This document shows, piece by piece, positions 13,911-24,100 of a stretch of DNA of 64,000 nt (position 1 is the first letter of the stretch; each line of letters opens with the position of its first letter). Made by a program: the position numbers and the translations under genes. Source of the DNA: Cycas panzhihuaensis (lineage: Eukaryota; Plantae; Cycadophyta); NCBI GenBank assembly GCA_023213395.1, contig CM041465.1, positions 30,139,741 to 30,203,740 of the forward strand, written 5' to 3'. The notes beneath the pieces were generated by a model that did not search any database, was not told the origin of the DNA, and was given only the letters and a program-made list of their open reading frames with translations.

Positions 13911-14734
13911 CTGAAAATGATATGTGACTTGTGTAGCACATGTGACTCTCTCTCATAAATGAAGTACAATATGATCACAATGGGTTCTCCAAGAGCTAAA
14001 AAGAAGTCCATAGTACATGTCATCCCCCCCATTCGGGGTACATTACATCAAGAAAACCTTGAAAATACAATATGTGCCTGAAGAAACTGAGAAAAAATGA
14101 AGATAAATAGGAACTTGTGACTTTGAACTTAAAAATCTCCATGAAAACAGCTCCAAAATGTGTCAAATGAAAGCTCTCTCTGTTACGGATCCAACGCAAC
14201 AGACGGAACTGAAATCGGACCTCCCAATCTCAAGATACAGTCAAAAACGTGAAGTACCCCTTAATAATGCCGAAAAAAGATGAAATAGGAGGTTAGCCCC
14301 CTTCATAAGTCGGGTCGCAGTCGTATTAAGCCTCCATATGACCAGGGCTAAAATGATGAGGAGCTAGACGGACCTGAAATCAATATCCAATTTGATTAAA
14401 TGTATTTTTTCAAATAAAAAATAATAATAACTTTTGATAATGAAATTACGTCCGTCAAAAACGCCCAAATTGAATAACAAAAAATATTAACCCTAAGTAG
14501 GGTTTGTTCGTCATCTTCAAAAAAATGTTGTCACCATAGTGTGCAGGTCTTGCCGCCCGCCATGATATGCAGGTCTCATATGTGCGAAGAAGGACCTCAA
14601 ATGTTCGGATATCTGTGAAATCAGCAGTATTTAAAAACTGCACATGAACGTTGCACTTGCTCAACACAGGGAGAGAATACTTTGGGGAAATACAGAATGG
14701 GTTGATCCCCCCGGAGCCATTAATGTTTAATTGT

Positions 14735-15104
14735 CTCAGACGGCGGTTGGTCTTCTTCAGAGCGGCAACCAGTCTATGTATGTGGGGCGCTCTTCCCCTT
14801 TCCCGTTTGGACAGCTTCAAGATCTGGAGCCTGTGATTGGCAATGGTGATCCCATGCTCTGCAGGAACTCGTGGTTGAAATACGTCGTGTCTTCCTCTTC
14901 CAGCTGGTTGCCTCCGCGGATGGGGTTGCTGGTACACACTGCCTCACGCAGGACACCCAGACAGAGCTACGCCCTTCGCGTGACTGATAATTTCACGCAT
15001 TTGTTGTCTTTTTCTTTCAGCTGGTTGTGTGCGAACAGTAGGTCATATTCGTACACTAAAGAAGGTTCCATGTCCGTCTGGGAGAGCCAGGCAAACCAAT
15101 CCAA
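14735..15104 (-). pseudogene. Captured fragment of a plant sterile-alpha-motif (SAM) domain protein gene, N-terminus
   Basis: Minus strand reads DWFAWLSQTDMEPSLVYEYDLLFAHNQL...NQLEEEDTTYFNHEFLQSMG/ITIANHRLQILKLSKRE. This matches the plant SAM family pattern MDWFSWLS...LVYEYGL.F.HNELEEED..YFNHEFLQSMGI.IAKHRLEILKL. One frameshift and a ~94-bp insertion. Confidence 0.85.
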
Positions 15105-15475
15105 TATCAATCCAGGTCACATACCTCTGCATCGTATCCAATAAACACACTGCTAACTGTGGCTTCAAATCTTTGTACAAAACTACCAAGTCATACCATG
15201 CTCTTACAACTCGAGGCACATTGTTGTCTCATCGCATCTTTTATCCGTGTTGCAAGTGTGATTTCTTCTGAGTTACGAGGATAATCCAAACTAATCAACT
15301 CATCGTCAAGGGCATTCAAAATTCGGCAAAACATATCTACAACCGTGGGACCTTTACTCAAGGAAGACAACAAATCCAGGAAGACTGACGGCCAACGCGA
15401 TGGGTACTCCATAAATATCAAAATAGTAAAAATCTGAGCTAACTTATTTCTCACAAAAACCGGTCTCTCTGCCCC
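15094..15475 (-). pseudogene. PSD: Captured intronless fragment of Exportin-T (PAUSED/Xpo-t/Los1 family)
   Basis: [26 protein letters not shown]...VVDMFCRILNALDDELISLDYPR...RIKDAMRQQC/PRVVRAWYDLV...LDTMQRYVTWIDIGLV matches the plant exportin-T N-terminal region. One frameshift near 15217. Confidence 0.9.
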
Positions 15476-15484
15476 ACAAAATCT

Positions 15485-15870
15485 CCTTGTGTATCTCGAA
15501 CTTCAACTGTTATAAGGCTACTTAGGCCATTCTTTTCAAAGTCCTCCCTTGCAGAATTTGCTCGAAGCTCATGGAAATCAAATGTATAAACATGACCTGT
15601 GGGTGCGACAGCCCGTGCCAATGCAGTGGTGAGAGAGCCACTTCCAGTACCAGATTCCAGCACCAAACACCCAATGACAGATTTCTAAAAAGGAGACGAC
15701 AAAGCTGATGTCTGCTATGTACAGGACCTGAGTCCTGTGGCCCAGAACTAGAGTCCATAACTCAGGAGTTGGTGCCAACAAATGCACAAAACCACTTTTT
15801 TTATTGAAAACCTTGCATCCAAAAGGCTTCCTAATACAGTCAGGGTGGGCAAAAACACCAAATCTGTTCT
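15485..15870 (-). pseudogene. TRM61: Captured intronless fragment of the tRNA (adenine58-N1)-methyltransferase catalytic subunit (TRM61/GCD14)
   Basis: NRFGVFAH...[78 protein letters not shown]. Includes the SAM-binding motif I ESGTGSGS. One frameshift near 15680. Confidence 0.93.
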
Positions 15871-15951
15871 AAGGCTCCGCCTCACAGTGGAATTCAATTA
15901 GACTGAAGCTTCTATATCTTCTTAACATAGCACCATGGAAGGAGAAAGCTC

Positions 15952-15971
15952 TTTTTTTTTTTTTTTTTTTT
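15952..15971 (-). repeat. A20 tract (element sense), possibly a captured poly(A) tail
   Basis: T20 on the + strand. In element orientation it follows U-rich 3'UTR-like sequence. Confidence 0.55.
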
Positions 15972-16574
15972 CGGTAAAAAAATACATGAGAACAGGCCAA
16001 ATTTTGAAGGCCTTAAATACAAAAAAAATTCTGAATATTTTTCACATAAGATGAGCACATATCAATAGAAGAAAAAATGACCTTTATCCACCTGTAGATC
16101 TGCAAAGAAAATTTGAAATAGAGTTACTCCTGGCCAAGGAGGACTCTCTCAACTGCTGTCAACGATCTGGGTTGCATTATTGTCCACTGACGTGCAACGG
16201 AGATGGTCTTCCAGTAATTGGAATCTAAACATAAGCTGTCATGGACTTTCACCTGCATGCAATATTATTGTGGCGCCACATGTGGAGAAGATGTCCATTT
16301 GAGCAGCATCAACAGGCTTCAAAACAGCTACAAAACTTCAAAATAGGCTTGAAAACAGCCTCTCATCATCATCAAAACAGCCCTTCAAAACTTGATAACA
16401 GTCCCATAACAAAATATGCATCAGATATAACTTGAAATAATCTTCAACTTGACAAAGTCATGAAACAGGTACATCAAAAAATTTACAAGTGTTGAAAGTT
16501 CAAAATGCACGAATGGCATGTACTAGGATTTGCAAGAAAGGCCTCCAAGGGTTGAACCTTGGGCTCTGATACCA

Positions 16575-16853
16575 TGTTAGGATTAGTAATTTGACAAGCA
16601 CATCAAACCCTAATGGTGAGCAACAAAAGATGAAGTATGCACATAATAGACACCATGTTGGAGAATTGGCCAAAACTCAATTATGAACAAGTAAGAGTAC
16701 ATACTTATAGTACAACTTCACCACTAGAGAAAGAACCCCATTGGACTACTTAGAGGTGGCGCACATATCAAGGTGGCCCACAACTCTAATATAGAATACA
16801 CAAGATAGAGAGAGTTTACATAGGGCTAATGGAATTGAGTATTACACCCAACA
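16575..16853 (-). repeat. 5' LTR of the young element
   Basis: Directly abuts the PBS (gctctgatacca 16563-16574) and is followed by the TSD. Confidence 0.95.
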
Positions 16854-16949
16854 CAAGTTAGTTTTGAGGGGCAAATAGTCTAATCATGAAACTAGATTTT
16901 GAAGCACAATACAAAAACTTGACAATCATAGCAAAACCTTAGCAATCCA

Positions 16950-17110
16950 TGTGCACAAGGATGCACATGGCTCCATGCATGGAGATGCACAATAGTGGAG
17001 AAGCTCATTTGCATTGCGATGCATATGACATCATGCATGGGAACGCATTAGAATACGGTTGTTCATATGCACAAGGATGCATATGACCTCATGCATGGGG
17101 ATGCATGAGG
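16950..17110. repeat. Degenerate ~59-bp tandem repeat, about 3 units
   Basis: tgcacaaggatgca(c/t)atg..catgcatgg.gatgca recurs. Confidence 0.6.
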
Positions 17111-20100
17111 AGCCTCAAGGAATGGAAGGAAACACCATCGTGCGGTGGATGAACTGTAAGAGCAAGGGTGACCTGTGCATGGGGATGCATTCTATTTTTC
17201 TCTTGGGTTTATGGTGGGCAAAAGAGAGAATAAGGGAATGTTCACAGGGATGAACTTAGAAGCCTGAAGTATCAATCCACAAGGATGGATTAGCACTAAA
17301 CCCACAGGGATGGGTTTGGGGAGTGGCATGTCGACAAGACTGGACTATAAGAGGCCAAAGCACCATAAAGATGGGGATCTCTAAACAAGAATGATAACCA
17401 ATTATCTACATGACTAGGAACTATATTTGCCGCTAAATTAAACACCATTTTGAAGCCAAAGAGCTTGAGTGCCCCCTCCATGCTTGAGGGAACATCCCAC
17501 CTTGAATAGTGAGATCTAATGCACCCAAGGAAGACACTACCCTACAGTAGATGATCTCATGCCTGAAAATGAGACCGGGGCACCATTCTTATGCTAATGT
17601 GTGGAAACATCACCACAAAGATGGACACTGCAGTGGGTAGACATAACACACCTTGAGTAGTCACCATTCTAGCTCAAGGAAGCAAGGGACAACACATATA
17701 GGAATGCTTAATGGCAGGTTCAAGCACATGGTACTGGAGCATCTCATTCCTAACCTAATCATTCTCCTTTCGTATTGTAATAATTTAAATAAACAATTCT
17801 CCTAATTAAAATGTTTTTTGTGTGTGGGTGTGCTGTTAAATAAAAAACTGGGGACAAAGTTTGTAATAAAAATGCTTGATTGCCAAGCAATATAGCTAAG
17901 TTGTACCTTCCCTGCTATTCAAGAAGTGTGCCGATTACTACAGATTGTCTGTATAAGTGGCAAATGACAAAGTCAGGCTGTTGAGTACTGAAATCGGTGC
18001 CCTCGGTTAATTATCAGCCTTTTGAACTAGATCTCAGTGCGCCCCTTGATGGTGTTGTGTGCTCACCTACATATGGGTAGCTGGTGCAATGACAAGCAAT
18101 AGCAGTCAATACAATTGCATAAGATTCAGGCACTGCATTGTACCCAGCACCCCCTTATTCTTAAAGAGCAACAAACGACAATTCACTTGTTGAATGCTCT
18201 GCAATAGAACACCTAAACTGGTTCTTGCTGGTATTAGGACAGCAACACTCTGGAAATTTGGTTGGCTATGAGCATAGTAGGCGTGCTCAAAAAATAATGA
18301 AACAAATTAAAAAAAAATCAGGAAAATACTATAATTTGAAACTTAGGGGGGTGGAGGGAACAATAAACAGACAAGGAATTCTTTTTCAAGTGTACATATT
18401 CATTATTGCACAAAAAATACAAATACCTTATATAGTTTTCCACAAGCAATGCTGTTTGCCATTTTAGTTTTAAACAGCTGATGAACAAAGTAACAAAGAT
18501 CAACCCCGTTAACTGACAAATATGCAAATGCCAAAAACATCATTAACCAACAGTGACTTTACTTCAAGCTTTCTCCATAAAAAATTCTGTCTGCTGCTGC
18601 TTCTCTGAAATTTGCTGTGCAGCTATCACCCGTTGATTCCCTTCATCAAAGCCTCTAATAACAGTTCTGAAAGTCGACTATCACAGAAGAGAGGCCCTCA
18701 AGCCTCAGATACACAATGTACAGTAAAAACAATGCCAAGATACACAGCATGCAGGGAGAAAAACAATAACAGAACCTAAGCCCCCTAGTCTCTACTTTAA
18801 GTTTCCACTTTCAGCTTAGTTTTTGCTGTCAGTCTCAAGCAGTTCTCTTTCTTCAAAGTCCATGTCTTTTTCACTTTAATCCCTCAAAAAAAATTTCATT
18901 TCAAGCTTCAGTCATTCAACTTAGTTTTTTATTGTCTCCAACTGCTCAATTTAGGTTTTTTTCCTTCTATTTCAGGCTTCAGACATACAGTTTAGTGTTT
19001 TAACAAAAATGGAGGCCGCCCTGTGGCATCTGAACATTTCTCTGATGCACAGTCAATGCAGCATAGTTGACATTTAATAAAATGGAAGTTTATTGAGTAT
19101 TTAATTTGGCCAACCCCCCAAAATTTATTAAAGGAAAGTTTTGTTTGATTAGGTCAAATATTGTTGGCATGGCTATGAGGACAGTCTATTTATAAGACAA
19201 AAGTAATGTAAGGATCCATTCAAAGCTTGTACATGCCCGTTCCATCTACAACTAGTGTAAATAGCATTTACTTGTCTGAGACTTCAAAGGCAGGCCTTCA
19301 ATGCAAAGACCAATCTACCAGCATAGCACGTTATCTGTTTTTTCTCTCACAATATTTCAGAATGGCTCTTTGTTTGCATCTGAGCTGATCCTCTATCATA
19401 ATTGAGACTCCTGTAGGATGGTAGGGGCTTTACACTCTCCATGTGCAGGAAAGATATTGCCCTGGCTTCCTCAGTTCCTCATACAGACCATAGGGGAAGG
19501 TGGTGCTACCCGCTGAAGGGTACATACCAAAATTTTCTGCAAGCTTGTTCGGTTTATCGTTCTTACTTGGTGACAATCTTCACAACACGGAGACAATCCA
19601 AGTAAAAATGGGAAATACAAGAGATTCTTTCTAAAAACTTAGGATCAATCATATAAGCTTTTATTTTGAATTAAGGGAAATTGCCTCAAAAATTTTTGTG
19701 AGATTATTCACCCACACCCCGCAGTACCGCACACAATAAACAATAAGCTGAAAAGGAAAGTTGGCAACTACAGGTCGTGGGAAAAGATGGCACACCTTGG
19801 TAATTCTGATCATTGGATCAAGATAATTGAGAACATTATATCTGTCCAAAGAGCTTGTAAAGAATGATGTGAATTAACAGATAACTCCCAACCATCAGAT
19901 TAGAGCAATTGATCAGATCCTAGCCATTGAGATAAAACAAAGAGAAGGCCCTCAGAGTCAACACAGAAATTTTTGAGAAGCCACCTTGCATTCCATGTCC
20001 CACGTCCTACATCTTGCAAGGAATGCTCACAAGGCAATGCAAGTCTAGCCTAAGGCACAAGTGCGTGTCTAAATGAATGAAGACTCCATCCTACATCCCG

Positions 20101-21186
20101 CACTCGCATCCCAAAGAACAAAGTTTGAAATCTCAACTCAGGCATGCCGGTGCAAGTGTGGTCCCCACCACGGTGAGGCATATTTTCACTCGTTCGAGGC
20201 AGATTTGCATTAATTCCCCTACTTAACTTGTTGATTATCCCACTAATCCTACATCTATTACTTCGAGCATGAGAATTTAATTCACCTATCACCCTCCTTT
20301 TTCACTCTGTCGAGTCATTGATCATCTCATTATTGCACCTAGTGAACCTTAGAAATTCTCAGAGTTTCTATAAGTGACAAATCTCTATTAATGCACAAGC
20401 AACAATAGGAAGACTATCTCACAAGTGAATGTTTTTAAATTTACACACTACTCCCTATGTTTTAATATTGCTTGCTCCCTGTGTTTGCCCTTCTTTTTTG
20501 TTAGCCCAGCTAGGTATTCAGGATGGAGGATTAAAGACCTTTCAACTCAAATGGTCGTGGCTGCCCAAAACAACATGGAGTCAGACCTGTCTAATAAATA
20601 CAATGGAGATACCTCAGTCACAAAGAGACTAAGAAGATGTGGCCTGCTTCAAACAGGCTATGCAGATGAAACAATGTTTATTCTCTATGTTATCAAGGAG
20701 CATGGCGCTCAGCCTAACAAAGATAATAAGGGAACCCACGATGAGGAAAATAAATCCTTTTACAATTTTGCCCTGCTGCACTCTCAAAGGATTTTGGCAC
20801 TGCCAAAATCCACTAAGACATTGTCTCCTAACTGAATTCTTTATGCTTCAAAGAAAGGTAATTCTCTGAATAAGATAATTGATCAACATCATGCGTATCT
20901 CTCCCTAAGGAGAAAAGGAAACTTGAAAAGGAAGAAAATGAAGGAAAAAAAGATAAAAGTTCATCATCAAAGAGTAAAAGAAAAGTGGGATAAAAATTTG
21001 AAAATACAAGTTTCACACCTACATACTGGGGAGGCCTGTTGAGTACTAGCGACTATGGGGTGAACACAAAGGAAGGTAGAACGAGAAATCCAAGCTAAAG
21101 ATAAAGCTCTAACTACTTTGGGCAATCCCGACAAAGAATCAATCAGACCACCATTGTTGTCCCACTCCTCAAAACCAAAGAGTACA

Positions 21187-24100
21187 TGTTAACCTGGCAG
21201 TTAATTATTAAGCCACCTAGTTAATGTTAATGCGCTTTAATTAAGCGAAAAGATGCGAAGCCAAAAGGTGCGACTTATTCGGAGAGTCACAACCCTAATT
21301 GGGTGACACCTCTTGGAAGAATATAAATGCCTTGAGGCCTTGTGTATTCGATGAATCATTGTATCAAGCCATTGTGAAATAATCAAGTGATCTATCAAGG
21401 ATCCTTTTATGGTGGGGTTTTTCCCGAAAGGGTTTTCCCACGTAAATCTTGTGTACTGTGCATCTGTTTTCTGTGTGTATATTTGTTTGCTTGCTGTGTA
21501 TGGTTAAAGATTTTGCGGACGGGAACACTTGTATATAATTTCATGTTCCTGAACATGGTATCAGAGCCGTAGGGTTCTACACAGTTGAAGCTTGACGTTG
21601 AGCAGGGCAGTAGGATCATTGGTTGTCGGGTAACGCCGTCTAATCTAAGACGAATCTTGAGGATCCATCAACTCCAACAACGTGTAGAAGCAGGCACAGC
21701 GAATCAGTGGTGGTTGAAGCTGTGAAATTCACTATTCAATGGGGAATAAGGGTTCGTTGGAGTCGATATTCAGGCGTCAAGACCATGTTTGTTGTTGGAA
21801 TTGACTTGTTGAAGGTCATCCAAAACCGGTTGAAGAACTGTAGTAGTAATTCAAGCCAGCAAGCACGCGTTGATGTTGATTCAGAGACTATAAGGAAAGC
21901 CAACCTTGTATACATGTAAAGTTGGTTCATTTCTCATCAAAGCCCTCAAAATTTATCCTCATCAAAGCCCTCAAAATTTATCAATGAAATAAGCCTGTGT
22001 TGCTATCAAATCTTCTTCTCTGCACTGGTGGACGTGATTGGAGCCAAGTTTTGGTGTTTTTTCTGTCCTTTTCTAAGTGCTGGCCTGAGTACATAGCAAT
22101 AGCAGCCATTGTTCATTGAGCAATTCGATCTTTGCATGAGTTAGAACCTCATTTACTACCTATATAAGCCCGCATCTGGGATATCTGTGGCTGTTTGTGG
22201 CTGCTATCCACATGGCTGGGCAGATTTTAAGTTGGCTGGGCACTTTATACAGCCATATCTGTGTGTGGTGTGTTGACTGGGCATGATTAAGAGGCTGCTG
22301 GGCGGAGCTGGGACTGTTTATCTGCCGTACTCAGGCATTTTTGGCCTCTCCAAATGCTGGCTGGGCTGCTTGTGTGCCTTTTTTGAAGCTCGTAAGAGCT
22401 GGCTGAGTGCTCTTTTATGGTGGCTAGGCGCTGGTTGTGTTGACTGGGTGCATCCTTGAGTGCGAGGGCCTTTTCTGTTTGTGTCTGGGACAGTCACTAC
22501 GCGGTTGGACTGTGTTTGGAAGCTTCTTACCAGCTGGAAGGAAGGGAGAAAGGCTGTGGACCTGCGCATAGAGTGTGGCTGCCATTTCTCTTCACGCGGC
22601 TGCCGCATTTCGTTTATGACTACGAAATGCATTAGATAAGAAACAACGCATATATTGCTTCATTAAACCTTTGCAACCTTAGCTTAAGGCTTATAAATAT
22701 TAATACTTTGATTTAAGCATGTGTGCGTTATGTTTTTTTAAGCCACGTAAGGAGTGAAAAGTCGTTACATTTGGAATATGCCTTTTAGCATATTCTCCTT
22801 TTAATATAACTTTATAAAAGGGACCCTTTATACCATTGATATCACACCTTTTACATATTGTGAAGTACTTTGAAGCTATTTGAAGCATTCTTCTTTCGTT
22901 TTGAGCACAGATCGAGGAGGATTATTGTGTTTTGTGACTTGGAGACCGTGCATCATCGCCTATGGAACCGTCCTTTGATTTGGAGCATGTTTTTTAAACC
23001 TTTATTTGTGTTAGTTGTGACATTTACATGGCTATTTAAGGTCGTTTGTTAACGGTTAATGAGGGATAAACAGTCAGTGGCTCACTTAACATGGGTATAG
23101 TCAGTGTTGGGTGCCCTTGGAAGCATGCTTGTGAGCCAAAAGAAGACATAGGGGTGTATTTCGTCCTGCAGATGTTCGTTTTTGGTGTCGATTGATTCAT
23201 ATTGAAGCTCATTTCTCGAGATGGAGCGCATTATGCCCAAAGTTATTTTTAATGGTAACAATTTCAGCGAGTGGAAGGCCAATATGGAGCTTATTTTGAT
23301 GGTGAATCAGCTCTGGAGTATCACCAAGGTGAAAGCAGACGCGATTCCCCTAAACCATAAGAAGCGAATTCGTCTCAAAGAGAAGAAATTTATGGCCATG
23401 GGACTGTTGAAACTGTCACTAGCGTCAGACTAGAGAGCATTGGTTTACAATCTAGACGAACCAGATAAGATATAGAGAAAACTGTGTGATACATTTGAAA
23501 AGAAGCAAATGAATAGGCGTCTTGCAATGATGTTGGAGTTACTCAACTCGCGTGTGGAGGATGAGAACAACATCAGCTCCTACTTTAACAAGATTACAGA
23601 CTTGAAGAATAAGCTAGAGGAATTGAAGCCGAACTCGATCGATGATGCGTTGCTATTCGTAATAATCATGTCAAAATTGCCGGCTGCCTTCACCACATTC
23701 CAGATCATTTATGGTAGAGACGCAGTGATGGAAGCAGAGACGTTTGATGGGCTTAAAAACCTGATTCTAACGGAGAATGCCAAGCTCAAACATCACAGTA
23801 TGCTTGGAGGTTCTAGTTCAAGTCAGGCCCTAGCCATGAAAACTCAGAGGAAGGAGGCCACTAAGGAGGAGAAGATCACACAGAGGTCAGGAGAAAGTTC
23901 TCATGACAAAAAGAAGTTCAACGGAAAATGCAATTACTACAAGAAGGATGGTCACCGCAAGAAGAATTGTTGGTTCAAGCGTCGTGACAAGCGCAAAGTC
24001 AACCAAGATGATAAAGGGAAGAACATTGCTCACTGCGTTCAAGCAAAAGCCTTATCAGTCGAGTCAAATCGGAGAGATTATTGGGTGCTTGACTCTAGAA

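Larger units (their letters stand above)
12803..16853 (-). mobile_element. Young non-autonomous LTR retroelement (LARD/large-TRIM-like) carrying captured host gene fragments
   Basis: TG..CA LTRs 12803-13081 and 16575-16853 (279 bp, no mismatch seen), TSD CAAGT (12798-12802 and 16854-16858), PBS tggtatcagagc (16563-16574), PPT (13082-13090). No gag/pol motifs inside. Confidence 0.95.

Noticed and set aside
14980-15000. MREIISH resembling a tubulin N-terminus
   Set aside because: Similarity ends after six residues.
14455-15144. ORFs 14455-14937 (-) and 14731-15144 (+) as real genes
   Set aside because: They are off-frame or antisense readings across the chimeric SAM/exportin-T cargo.
15094-15870. 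Functional host TRM61 or PAUSED genes
   Set aside because: Partial, frameshifted, fused to each other and enclosed by LTRs.
18550-18670. Possible host exon on the minus strand
   Set aside because: All three frames contain stops between the candidate splice sites and I recognise no homology.
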